Shown here: piece after piece, positions 18,418 through 27,529 of the stretch
How the letters are laid out: every line of letters begins with the position of its first letter
Numbering within the stretch: the stretch's first letter is position 1
Source of the DNA: an uncultured Gammaproteobacteria bacterium
Lineage (GTDB): Bacteria; Patescibacteriota; Patescibacteriia; Magasanikbacterales; UBA922
DNA: 64,000 nt
NCBI GenBank assembly: GCA_964522405.1
Contig: CAZFTR010000003.1
Span: forward strand, 35,711-99,710
Direction: 5' to 3'
Notes under the pieces: model-generated
Seen by the model: only the letters and a program-made list of their open reading frames with translations
Told to the model about the DNA's origin: nothing
Database searches by the model: none
Made by a program: the position numbers and the translations under genes

Positions 18418-18591
18418 AGTGGCTTAATTATATCACAAAAATAATTGAAAAAAAATAAAATAAAAAACACCGAGTGGTGTTAAATTAAGATTCTCGACCG
18501 GCCCATGCTGAAGTGACAGGTGGTCGAGCATGGGACGGTGGGGTGAAAGAGCAGTGTGGTTTCCTCCTGTAAGGTTTGGCGGCGCAGCTCG

Positions 18592-18807
18592 CTACATGGA
18601 GGTGAAGATATGCCCCCGGAAGTCTTCAACTGCCATGGTGCGGACCGAAGTCCAGCCGATGTATGAGAGATGGACGTGGGGACGTCCCCCAAATTCGAAT
18701 TGGACATCCGGGCGAGCGATCCTCTCCTCGATTTCTTCCCTGGAGTCCAAGAGCGCGACCTGAACCACCTTGCGACCCTTGAGTCTCGGGTGGTCAACGA
18801 TTCTCAT
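18592..18807 (-). CDS. Hypothetical 71-aa protein encoded in a GC-rich segment; no family recognised
   Basis: Only protein-like frame in the GC-rich block 18470-18810. The other frames translate to Arg/Ser/Pro-rich junk. A pseudoknot-like repeat and a hairpin terminator lie just downstream on the minus strand. Confidence 0.3.
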   Translation of the reverse strand: MRIVDHPRLKGRKVVQVALLDSREEIEERIARPDVQFEFGGRPHVHLSYIGWTSVRTMAVEDFRGHIFTSM

Positions 18808-18958
18808 AGCCCCTCCTCTAGGCGCGTATTTAAGGAATAGTTAATCAAATAGGTAAGTTTTTGTCAAACAAAAAATTCCTATTTTGTGAAAGGAATTTTT
18901 TGCTATCTTTTTTGTACAAAAAAGGGAATGCCGACTTTGTGAGGAGTGCCGGCAACTC

Positions 18959-19441
18959 CTACCAGGGAAGCTTGAACGAGATGGTCGGCTTGAAGGCCAG
19001 AGACCAAGGACCGTCGACCAGCTTTCCCACTCCGAAGAGGAAAAGCAGGGAGGTCGTCTCGTTGATCTTGACGCCCGGGGTGACGGACAGTCCGATCAAA
19101 TGCTTCCACTCGTCGTTGTAGGGAGGGGTGGGTTCGTAGAGCAGGGTGATGGAGAGGAGGCTCTGCTCGGAGAGCTTAACCACTGGGCCAGTGAAGACAC
19201 GCGGGTTAGGTTTCAGTGCTGTCGTCGGGATCGAGATCCCGATTTCCGAGTGCCAGCCCAGTCCCTCGACCACCGGGAAGGCCACTCCGACGCCGAGCAC
19301 GGTTTTGCTCGGCAGAAACTTGGCGCCGTCGTCGGGGAAGGCCACGGCCCAGCTCTGGCCTGCGCCGATGCGGAAGGTCTGGGCGTTGGCAGTGTTGTAG
19401 AGGGGGGTGAGGATGGACAGGATCAGGATCAGGTTTTTCAC
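18959..19441 (-). CDS. Secreted beta-strand-rich protein with signal peptide and C-terminal aromatic residue (OmpW/PagL-sized beta-barrel-like); GC-rich
   Basis: Signal peptide MKNLILILSILTPLYNTANA. Alternating hydrophobic pattern. Ends ...FKLPW. Start overlaps the upstream gene by 4 nt (ATGA). Confidence 0.45.
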   Translation of the reverse strand: MKNLILILSILTPLYNTANAQTFRIGAGQSWAVAFPDDGAKFLPSKTVLGVGVAFPVVEGLGWHSEIGISIPTTALKPNPRVFTGPVVKLSEQSLLSITLLYEPTPPYNDEWKHLIGLSVTPGVKINETTSLLFLFGVGKLVDGPWSLAFKPTISFKLPW

Positions 19442-19713
19442 TTGGTTTCTCCTTCAAGTCCTTTAGTGAGCCAGTCGAAGAGCTTCACTCTGAGTCGCGA
19501 CTTGGCGAAAAACCAGCCTGCGCATGCGATGATGCCGGCCATGAAACCAGACCCCAGCATGTGGAACTTCAGGTTCTGCTCAGGGTTGAAACCCAGAAGG
19601 TCGCTACAGTAGTTGAACAAGTCGATCATGGCGTAGGCGTACAGGGAGACGCACCACAGAATCAACACGCCAGAGAGACCCCAGATCGGAATCACCAGGA
19701 TTTTTTTGACCAC
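19438..19713 (-). CDS. Small two-TM membrane protein (91 aa), first gene of a GC-rich two-gene cassette
   Basis: Two hydrophobic helices (ILVIPIWGLSGVLILWCVSLYAYA and GSGFMAGIIACAGWFFA). Translationally coupled to 18959..19441. Confidence 0.4.
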   Translation of the reverse strand: MVKKILVIPIWGLSGVLILWCVSLYAYAMIDLFNYCSDLLGFNPEQNLKFHMLGSGFMAGIIACAGWFFAKSRLRVKLFDWLTKGLEGETK

Positions 19714-19821
19714 AGTCGCCTCCGCGAACGGTTTAGAAGGAACAATTCAAGCTTGATGATCCAACTCTATCATATTTTTCTGTATGTGTCAAGTATATTT
19801 GGCTAAAATAAGCTAAAAAAA

Positions 19822-19905
19822 CGTCATCTACAAAATGACTAGATTTATAAATTATTGATTTTTTCGCTAAATATAGTATAATAAGATTGTCATAAAAAAT
19901 ATGAC
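19822..19905 (+). promoter_or_regulatory. Promoter TTGATT-16-TATAAT (19855-19882) with two GTCAT/ATGAC palindromes: GTCATA-N5-TATGAC at 19889-19905 over the predicted start site, and GTCAT-N9-ATGAC at 19822-19844
   Basis: Read directly. Sits just 5' of the TrmB-like regulator gene, so a likely auto-operator. Confidence 0.45.
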
Positions 19906-19911
19906 AAAACT

Positions 19912-21450
19912 ATGGTAAATAAAGATTTAGAAAAATTGGGCTTTACAAAGAATGAAGTAAAAATTTATCTTTCTCTTTTTGATCTTGGAAAAGTTCGGGC
20001 TGGAGAGATAATAGATTATACTAAATTGCATAGAAATATAGTTTATACAGTTTTAGATGAGTTAGTTAGAAGAGAGCTGGCAAGTAAGACGCTAAGTAAG
20101 GGAATAGCAGAGTTTGTGGCAAATAATCCAGATAGATTAATAGAAGAAGTGGATACAAAGAAGAGTATTGCTGAAAAATTGGCAGAAAGTTTAAAAATTA
20201 AGCAGGAAGAAAAACCTAGAGAGGTTGCAGTTTATGAAGGGGTTGAAGGAATAAAGCACGTTCGAGATAAAACCTTAAATTTAAAAAAAGAAAATACAGT
20301 ACATGTCATGGGAGCTTCAAAACTCAGCACAATGCCGGAGTTAGAAAAATATTGGAAAGCATATCACAAGAAAAGAGATCTACGCGGACAAGAAGCAAAG
20401 TTTTTATTTTTTCGTGGAGCTGCCAATTCATCTGATTGGCGTAAAAATTTACCAAATACAGAAGTTAGGGATCTGCCATTCAATGCAGAGATGCCGATTT
20501 GGTTTGAATTTTATGATGATCAATTAGGAATAGGATTACCATCAGAAAATCCACTGCTTTTTATAATAAAAAGTAAAGAAGCAGTAGAAGGATTTAAACC
20601 CTTTTTTGAATATTTTTGGAATCAGGATGTTTATGTAGATAGTGGAGAGGGAGCGCTTGATAGAGCTTTTTATTCCATGCTTAATGAACTTGAAGAGGGA
20701 GAAGAGTATTATGTACTCGGTGCTACACATGGAGAGCAAGCAGAAAGTACTTTGAGTTTTTTTGACCAGTATCATAAGAAGAGAATTGAAAAAGGAGTTA
20801 TAACAAATATGCTTGTTACACAGGATTCTTTTGAGATAATTAAGCATAGATATTCTTCTATGGGAGATCCGGATTTTGAGATAAGTCATGTGAAAAGAAT
20901 GCTGACCACAACGCCACAACCCTTTCAAATAAATATGTATAAAAATAAAGTACAAATGGTTTTGTATGGAGATGAGAATAGAGTCATGTATATGGATGAT
21001 CAAGATGTTTATGCTGGATTTAAAAGCTATTTTGACATGCTTTGGGGCCAAAAAATGGCAACCTACTCAGATGATCAGGGCGCAAGTATTGCCTTTGAGG
21101 ATATTTTGAAAACATTAAGTTCTGGAGATGAATTGCTGGTCATGGGAATTTCAGAGTTTGATCCAGATTTTTTTAAGTTTATTGAGAGCTTTCATGGGAT
21201 TAGGTCAAAAAAAGGAATAAGTGCAAGAATTTTGCTGAATGATAATGCCAAGAAAATGGGAAATGCCTTGGGAAAATTAGAGAAAACAAAAGTTAAATAT
21301 ATGAAGGAGGGTGTGGTAACTCCAGCAGTTTTTCTGATATATGGTGAAAAGATCTTGTTCAGTATTCCAAATCAGAGAACATTTTTTAGTTTAGATAACA
21401 AAGCGGCAGCAGAATCATTTAGAACGTATTTCAATTCACTTTGGGGATAG
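19912..21450 (+). CDS. TrmB-family winged-HTH transcriptional regulator with a large C-terminal domain
   Basis: N-terminal LGFTKNEVKIYLSLFDLGKVRAGEIIDYTKLHRNIVYTVLDELVRRELA matches the TrmB HTH. The roughly 400-aa C-terminal region is unassigned. Confidence 0.6.
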   Translation: MVNKDLEKLGFTKNEVKIYLSLFDLGKVRAGEIIDYTKLHRNIVYTVLDELVRRELASKTLSKGIAEFVANNPDRLIEEVDTKKSIAEKLAESLKIKQEEKPREVAVYEGVEGIKHVRDKTLNLKKENTVHVMGASKLSTMPELEKYWKAYHKKRDLRGQEAKFLFFRGAANSSDWRKNLPNTEVRDLPFNAEMPIWFEFYDDQLGIGLPSENPLLFIIKSKEAVEGFKPFFEYFWNQDVYVDSGEGALDRAFYSMLNELEEGEEYYVLGATHGEQAESTLSFFDQYHKKRIEKGVITNMLVTQDSFEIIKHRYSSMGDPDFEISHVKRMLTTTPQPFQINMYKNKVQMVLYGDENRVMYMDDQDVYAGFKSYFDMLWGQKMATYSDDQGASIAFEDILKTLSSGDELLVMGISEFDPDFFKFIESFHGIRSKKGISARILLNDNAKKMGNALGKLEKTKVKYMKEGVVTPAVFLIYGEKILFSIPNQRTFFSLDNKAAAESFRTYFNSLWG

Positions 21451-21513
21451 ATTGTGGACTCAGAAAGTACTTGATTTATGTTATAATAAAAATTCTAAAA
21501 ATAACCAAATTTC

Positions 21514-22473
21514 ATGATAATTTTTATCTACGGACCAGATACATTTCGTTCTAGAATTTATCTCAAGAAAATGATAGATAAATTTAAAGCTGATCGAGAT
21601 CCAGCAGGATACAATATTACTGAATTAGACTGTTTGAATTCAGAAGAGGTACAAAAGGTCATGTCAGAGATATTGGCAATTCCATTTTTGGCAGAAAAAA
21701 GAATGGTAATAGTCAAGAATTTGATCAGTTCAAAAGAAGTAGAACTAAAAAAAGAATTAAGAAGAAGAATAGAAGAAAAAGATTTGCCTGAAACAAGTAT
21801 AATTGTGGTAAGTGAGGAATCAGAGAAATTTCGAGCAAAGGCAGACAAAGAATTTCTAGAATTATTAAAAAAAGAAAAATACAAAGAGTATTTTAAGGTT
21901 TTAGAAGGAAAAGAGTTGTCAGTTTGGGTAAATCAAGAGGTGAAAATGCGAGGTGGTTCAATTGATAGAAAAGCCCTCAGTTATATAGTGGATAATTTCA
22001 ACTCAGACATGTGGTCGCTGAGCCATCTTGTTGATCAGCTAACAGCTTATAAGTCAGATGGAAAAGTAGAATTGGAAGATGTAAAAAAATTTTTAGAAGA
22101 AAAAATCGATGATAATATATTTAACTTGGTTGATGCTATTGTTGCCGGAAAAAAAGACCAGGCATTCAAGATGATGCGAGAGCAGTACAGAAAAGGAGAA
22201 GACAGTTTCTACGTATTTGCCATGATATTGCGTCAGTTTAAGATTATGCTACAAATTCGAGATCTAATCGATAGAGGCATTAAACCGGATGCGAAAGAGC
22301 TTGGACTTCATCCATTTGTAGTGAAGAAAACAATCCCATTAGTAAATAGATATTCAATGGCTCAGCTCAAGGAAATTTACAATCAGCTTTTGCAAATAGA
22401 TATTAAAACAAAGACCGGTCAAGGAGACCAGTCAGTTATGCTTGACCTTTTTGTTGGGTCTATTCATATATAG
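21514..22473 (+). CDS. holA: DNA polymerase III delta subunit
   Basis: IIFIYGPDTFRSRIY N-terminus, the roughly 320-aa size, and overall HolA-like helical C-terminal pattern. Confidence 0.7.
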   Translation: MIIFIYGPDTFRSRIYLKKMIDKFKADRDPAGYNITELDCLNSEEVQKVMSEILAIPFLAEKRMVIVKNLISSKEVELKKELRRRIEEKDLPETSIIVVSEESEKFRAKADKEFLELLKKEKYKEYFKVLEGKELSVWVNQEVKMRGGSIDRKALSYIVDNFNSDMWSLSHLVDQLTAYKSDGKVELEDVKKFLEEKIDDNIFNLVDAIVAGKKDQAFKMMREQYRKGEDSFYVFAMILRQFKIMLQIRDLIDRGIKPDAKELGLHPFVVKKTIPLVNRYSMAQLKEIYNQLLQIDIKTKTGQGDQSVMLDLFVGSIHI

Positions 22474-23566
22474 GTTCAATGCCTTGAGCTTTCATTTCGT
22501 TCAGAACTTTTTGTCTCATTTCAGGTAGTGCTTCCTCAAGAACTCTGTTTGCGATCTCAGCCGGACAATTTTTGGGTAATACCAATCTTAGAGGTCTTTC
22601 CATACCTTTTCTGGCAGCAGCTTGATTTAGTTGTTCTGTATCAATTTTTCCTTCAATTTCTTCTATTTTGTCAAAATTTATTATTCTTTCAGATGCAGTC
22701 ATTCCACCATTTAGGGGTGACATTTTTTTGGAAGATGCTTGTGCTTGGTCAGCATCATTAAATAGATCAACCGCACCAAGACCTTGGTCTTTTTTGGTAA
22801 CGGTTCTATAACCTATACTCATCTCAACAGGCAATCCGTCAGGTCTTTCAACATTCTCTTGAATATATTTAACCGCTCTAGTTAAAATCTGTTGTATAAG
22901 AGCATCAATTTTTTCAGAATCCATGTCTGCCGGCATATCCATATCAAGAAGAAGTCCAAATTCATCTCCACTGAAGTGAACTCTAACGTCATCAGGTCTG
23001 ACACATAAGTCAATTGCTTGTCCAAAATCTCTCAATAGTTTATTTCCTGCCTCGTGCCCATAAACATCATTGATAGTTTTAAGTCCGTTTACATCAATAC
23101 TTACCGGAACAAGAATTTTTTGTGGGCCCCTAACATTATCTTCTATATTTTCTAGACTGCTCGATAATCTATCATTAAATTGTTGACCGGTTGCTAGCTG
23201 GGGATTTAAACGATCTTTTCCCTGCTCTGCTTTTATTTCAGCAACCCTTATTCTACCCTTTAATTCACCGATGACTCTATTTGCGGCATGAATAATGCGC
23301 TGATCAAGCTCTTCACCGTCAACTGCTCTTTTGAGCCTTTCGGCAGGAGTGTCAGCAATTCTTCTTATTTCCCTTGATTGCCACTGCTCAAGTGTATGTC
23401 TTGCCTGCTCATCAAGAGAGGATTCTTTTATTACTCTTTCAACAATTTTTCTATATTTTCCATCACTAGCTATATCTTCCATTGATTCAATTAAATCATC
23501 ACTTACTTGGTCCTTTGCTACGACTTGGGCAGCAAGTCTAGAAGCCTCACTTCCTTCTCCAGGCAT
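22460..23566 (-). CDS. GGDEF-domain (diguanylate cyclase-like) protein with a variant SGDEF active-site motif
   Basis: IDVNGLKTINDVYGHEAGNKLLRDFGQAI...RVHFSGDEFGLLL. The N-terminal helical region is unassigned. Confidence 0.6.
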   Translation of the reverse strand: MPGEGSEASRLAAQVVAKDQVSDDLIESMEDIASDGKYRKIVERVIKESSLDEQARHTLEQWQSREIRRIADTPAERLKRAVDGEELDQRIIHAANRVIGELKGRIRVAEIKAEQGKDRLNPQLATGQQFNDRLSSSLENIEDNVRGPQKILVPVSIDVNGLKTINDVYGHEAGNKLLRDFGQAIDLCVRPDDVRVHFSGDEFGLLLDMDMPADMDSEKIDALIQQILTRAVKYIQENVERPDGLPVEMSIGYRTVTKKDQGLGAVDLFNDADQAQASSKKMSPLNGGMTASERIINFDKIEEIEGKIDTEQLNQAAARKGMERPLRLVLPKNCPAEIANRVLEEALPEMRQKVLNEMKAQGIEPIYE

Positions 23567-23623
23567 ATATTTATGATTTAATAATAAAACTCGGTTTTAC
23601 CCGAGTTTATTGTATCATATTCT

Positions 23624-23881
23624 TTATTTTGCGCCAGTATTTACTTTTTTCATAAGTCTAGATAACTTGCGTGCAGCGGCGTTTTTCTTGATAACACCCT
23701 TTTTTGCAGCTTTATCCAGCTTTTTTTGAGCAAATTTTACTTTATCTTTTATATCAGCAGATCCAATTGATTTTTTAGCATCTTTTATAGCTGATTTAAA
23801 GGCTTTTTTTACTTTTAGGTTAGCTACAGCCTTTTTTTGTGATTGGCGCAATGCTTTTTTAGCATTTCTTAAATTTGGCAT
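23624..23881 (-). CDS. rpsT: 30S ribosomal protein S20
   Basis: MPNLRNAKKALRQSQKKAVANLKVKKAFKS... basic helical S20 pattern. Confidence 0.85.
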   Translation of the reverse strand: MPNLRNAKKALRQSQKKAVANLKVKKAFKSAIKDAKKSIGSADIKDKVKFAQKKLDKAAKKGVIKKNAAARKLSRLMKKVNTGAK

Positions 23882-23969
23882 AAATTGCTTAAGTTTCTAA
23901 CTAAATGTCCGAAGACGTGAGAGTGAGATGAGTATAGCAGGAGTGGTGGGATTTGTCAAGATTAAGAGG

Positions 23970-24782
23970 TTATTTCCGCTTCTTATACCAATAAACAAAA
24001 AATGCACCAGTATAAAGGTATTGAGAAATAAATTGGATGCATTCAGGTTTAGAATACCAGCCGGTCAGAACATAGAGGGGTAAACCAAGTGCCCCTTTTT
24101 TATGATAGAGAATAGTCCCGGATAGATCATAGGCTTTTGTAAAAATAGAACTTGAGGGAGCAATCATATTTAGATTTTTCATAGCAGATAAACCTTCATG
24201 AATGCTGTATCCCAGCAAGAAACCGGCTTGAAGGATCAGATAAGCAAGAGTAATATTGAAAATAGTTTTGAGTTTAATTTTTACAATAGAAAAATGAATC
24301 AAGGTAACAAGGCCAACAGCAAGAACTATACCAATAAAGATCGGAAGAAGAGAATATTTACCGGCAAAAGAGAAAATAGCAATTTCAGTTCCTTCTCTCA
24401 TTACCATAAACATAGCTAGAAGAAAAATACCTTTTTTAGATAAGTTCAGGGTAGCTTTGTTGGTAATGTGATGTTTGATTTTGCTACCGTTTTTGACCAT
24501 CCAAACAATAAAAGTAGTAATCAGAACAACAGCAATCAAGCTGGCTGCACTTTCCCAAAGTTTGGCAGTAGCATCAATCTCTCCAATAAAAGAAGAGAGC
24601 GTCATGAGAATGGCACCAAAAACCAGAGAAGCCAGAATTCCAGCACCAGTCCCCTGCCAAACATTTTTCTTTAGGTTTGAGTTGTCAGATTTATCTAGAA
24701 ATTCAAGAAGAATAACAATAATAAGAAAAGCTTCCAGACCTTCTCGAAAAGCAATAATCATCGCTTGGATAAATGTTTCCAT
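23970..24782 (-). CDS. FTR1/EfeU-family iron permease
   Basis: Two REGxE motifs (FREGLEAFLII and MREGTEIAIF) and multiple TM helices. Confidence 0.75.
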   Translation of the reverse strand: METFIQAMIIAFREGLEAFLIIVILLEFLDKSDNSNLKKNVWQGTGAGILASLVFGAILMTLSSFIGEIDATAKLWESAASLIAVVLITTFIVWMVKNGSKIKHHITNKATLNLSKKGIFLLAMFMVMREGTEIAIFSFAGKYSLLPIFIGIVLAVGLVTLIHFSIVKIKLKTIFNITLAYLILQAGFLLGYSIHEGLSAMKNLNMIAPSSSIFTKAYDLSGTILYHKKGALGLPLYVLTGWYSKPECIQFISQYLYTGAFFVYWYKKRK

Positions 24783-24809
24783 GAGGTTTAAATTATTTAA
24801 ATAACAAAT

Positions 24810-25385
24810 TTATTTTTTAACTTCGCTATACCTAAAGCAAGAAACTTCATGATCATTGACCATGCCAACAGCTTGCATAAAGGCATAGATAATAGTGGAA
24901 CCAACAAAATTCATATCTCGCTTTTTTAGATCTTTAGATATTTTATCAGAAAGATCAGTTTTTGCCGGTATCTCTGACATGGATTTAAATTTATTTTGAA
25001 TAGGTTTGTAGTTTACAAAATTCCATATATATTTGTCAAAACTGCCGAACTCTTTTTGAATTTCTAGAAAGGCTTTGGCGTTTTGAATTGCTGATTTTAC
25101 TTTGAGACGATTACGAATAATCCCTTCATTTTGAAGTAGTTGATCTATTTTTTTCTGATTGTACTTTGCAATTTTATTTGGGTCAAAATCATCAAAAGCT
25201 TTTCTATAGTTTTCTCTTTTTTTCAAAACAGTGTCCCAAGAAAGTCCTGCCTGGGCACCTTCAAGAATGATCATTTCAAAAAGTTTTTTGTCATCATGAA
25301 CCGGAAGACCCCAATCTTCATCATGGTATTTTGTGTTTAGTTTATTTTTAAGAGTGGACCAGGCACATTTGGGTTTGGTTTTCAT
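24810..25385 (-). CDS. tag: DNA-3-methyladenine glycosylase I
   Basis: WGLPVHDDKKLFEMIILEGAQAGLSWDTVLKKRENYRKAFDDFD is the Tag signature. A Cys/His Zn site is present. Confidence 0.85.
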   Translation of the reverse strand: MKTKPKCAWSTLKNKLNTKYHDEDWGLPVHDDKKLFEMIILEGAQAGLSWDTVLKKRENYRKAFDDFDPNKIAKYNQKKIDQLLQNEGIIRNRLKVKSAIQNAKAFLEIQKEFGSFDKYIWNFVNYKPIQNKFKSMSEIPAKTDLSDKISKDLKKRDMNFVGSTIIYAFMQAVGMVNDHEVSCFRYSEVKK

Positions 25386-25387
25386 AT

Positions 25388-26155
25388 TTATTTTTTAAAA
25401 GTTCCTACAATCAAATCATGAAATTTTCCATTTGTTGCGAGTATGGTTGAACTGTCTTTTGTTATTGGTTTGCCTTCAATATCAGTCACTTTTCCTCCGG
25501 CTTCTTCAACAATAATAGTAAGTGCAGCAATATCCCAAATTTTTATGCTAGCTTCAACCATGATTTCCACTTTGCCTTGGGCTAACATATGATAGCAAAT
25601 ACAATCACCAACACCTCTATGGCCCCAGGCCTTTTCAGATAGATTTACCAAGGAATCTACAAGTCCGAGTTTTCTGAAGTATTTTATACCACCAAAATAT
25701 AGATAAGATTCAGATAGATCCTGTATATCTGAGACATTAATTTTTTGATCATTCAGAAAAGCGCCCTTACCTTTTTCTGCATACAACATTTCTTTCAGTG
25801 CAGGAGCATTTGAAACACCTACGATGATTTCTCCATGGTGCATCAGCGCAATTTGAGTGCCAAAAAGAGGAATTTGCCGAGCATAGTTTTTTGTTCCATC
25901 AATAGGATCAATAACCCATTGATATTCAGAAGTTAAGCTGTCTTCTCCAGATTCTTCGCCAAGAAAAGAATGATTAGGAAAAGATTTTTTAATAGTTTCA
26001 ATAATGGCTTTTTCAGATTCAGTGTCAGCAATAGTGACAGGAGAAAGATCAGATTTTCTTTCCCATTTTAAATTGTTTGAATAATGCTCCAGAATAATTT
26101 TTTCAGCATTTTTTGCTGCTTCTATGGCAACTTGGAGAAATTGGCTTTTTTTCAT
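25388..26155 (-). CDS. Inositol monophosphatase family protein (SuhB-like)
   Basis: DPIDGTKNY, WVIDPIDG and GEESGE motifs. Start placed at the internal MKKSQF... to avoid a 77-nt overlap with the upstream gene. Confidence 0.75.
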   Translation of the reverse strand: MKKSQFLQVAIEAAKNAEKIILEHYSNNLKWERKSDLSPVTIADTESEKAIIETIKKSFPNHSFLGEESGEDSLTSEYQWVIDPIDGTKNYARQIPLFGTQIALMHHGEIIVGVSNAPALKEMLYAEKGKGAFLNDQKINVSDIQDLSESYLYFGGIKYFRKLGLVDSLVNLSEKAWGHRGVGDCICYHMLAQGKVEIMVEASIKIWDIAALTIIVEEAGGKVTDIEGKPITKDSSTILATNGKFHDLIVGTFKK

Positions 26156-26162
26156 ATGTTTA

Positions 26163-26504
26163 TTATTCTTGGATGCAGCCTTTGTCACTAACATAAGGAG
26201 AAACTGGCGTTGGGCATTCACATTTTGAAAAATGTACACATTTTTTGCTTGGGCCTGAATAAGTAGGATTTGCTAGAAAGTTTAAAATACGACAATTTGG
26301 ATTTTCTTCACATTTATCAATGGGTGTAATTTTTGAGCATTCTTTATCAGTACCTTTTGATATCCATTTCCCACCTGTTGATTCACATATGTTTGCTTGT
26401 TCCTCCTCAAATGGGTCATATTTTTCATTATTAATGATTTTTCCACTGCTACAACCTACGCCTACTAAGAGAAGCGTGATCGTTAGTAAAAGTATTTTTT
26501 TCAT
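26163..26504 (-). CDS. Small cysteine-rich lipoprotein (hypothetical)
   Basis: Lipobox LLVGVGCSSG after a signal peptide. Ten Cys residues in 113 aa. Confidence 0.5.
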   Translation of the reverse strand: MKKILLLTITLLLVGVGCSSGKIINNEKYDPFEEEQANICESTGGKWISKGTDKECSKITPIDKCEENPNCRILNFLANPTYSGPSKKCVHFSKCECPTPVSPYVSDKGCIQE

Positions 26505-26573
26505 AGAATTGCTAATTATTTGAATTAATTATTCTGATAATCTCCTTTTTTTATTTTAAAAAGAATTTTTGAT

Positions 26574-27089
26574 TTAAGGATGCTCGTAATGCGTTTCTAC
26601 TACGCCAATTTTATAAGATTTAGTTTTTGTAAGTCTTAATGGTAATGCTTTATTTGCTTCTTCAAATAATTTTATGCCATCACCCAATAAAACCGGCATG
26701 GTGAATAAAATAAACTCATCAATCAAATTAGACTTTATGAATTGATTTGCCAGATTTGCGCCACCAACAAGCCAAATATTACCTTCTAATTTATCAACAA
26801 TTTTTTTGATATTTCCAGAAACAAAAGTAACATTTTCGTCTTTGCCAGTTTTTTTGTTTGAGAAAACATATCCTTTCTGTTTTTTGTAAGGATAATCACA
26901 ATCAAAACCTAGTATTTGTTGATAAGTTGTGTCACCCATAATTACAATATCTATCGGTTTAATAAAATCATTATAACCCATATCTTCTCCAGAATTATTA
27001 AACTGATCAAGCCACTTTACAGAACCATCTTTGGTGGCAATAAATCCATCAAGACTCATTGCAATGTATAGAATTATTTTTTTTGCCAT
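26574..27089 (-). CDS. RibD C-terminal domain / dihydrofolate-reductase-like reductase
   Basis: MAKKIILYIAMSLDGFIATKDGSVKWLD...IVIMGDTTYQQI matches the RibD_C family. Confidence 0.7.
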   Translation of the reverse strand: MAKKIILYIAMSLDGFIATKDGSVKWLDQFNNSGEDMGYNDFIKPIDIVIMGDTTYQQILGFDCDYPYKKQKGYVFSNKKTGKDENVTFVSGNIKKIVDKLEGNIWLVGGANLANQFIKSNLIDEFILFTMPVLLGDGIKLFEEANKALPLRLTKTKSYKIGVVETHYEHP

Positions 27090-27123
27090 ATTATAAATAA
27101 AAAACTCAATCACTATTAAATTT

Positions 27124-27387
27124 TTATTTTAGTGCACCTTCCTTTATAAGAAGCTTGCGTTTGTTTTCTATTCCTCTATTATACCCGCCTAGTCCACCAT
27201 CTGATCTAATGACTCTATGGCAAGGTATCTGTGGGTTATAATTTTTCGCCATCAGGTTGCCAACCACCCTAGAAGCTTTTGGATTTCCAGCTTGCCTAGC
27301 CACTTCTTTATAGGTCATGATTTCCCCTTTTGGAATTTTAGACACCACCTTAAGAACTTTTTCTTTAAAATTTGTTTGTTGATTCAT
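27124..27387 (-). CDS. Methylated-DNA-protein-cysteine methyltransferase, DNA-binding/active-site domain only (standalone MGMT C-domain)
   Basis: TYKEVARQAGNPKASRVVGNLMAKNYNPQIPCHRVIRSDGGLGGY with the PCHRV active-site motif. Confidence 0.75.
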   Translation of the reverse strand: MNQQTNFKEKVLKVVSKIPKGEIMTYKEVARQAGNPKASRVVGNLMAKNYNPQIPCHRVIRSDGGLGGYNRGIENKRKLLIKEGALK

Positions 27388-27529
27388 AATATTAAGAGAA
27401 AACTATCCAGATTTATTATCGTGCTAAAAAAATTAAGTTGTTTTTAAAACTTCTGTAACTTCATACACGGTGTTAAGCAGCATACGAACATATAAGTTTA
27501 ACTTATTACAATTCACATCGTCACATCAA

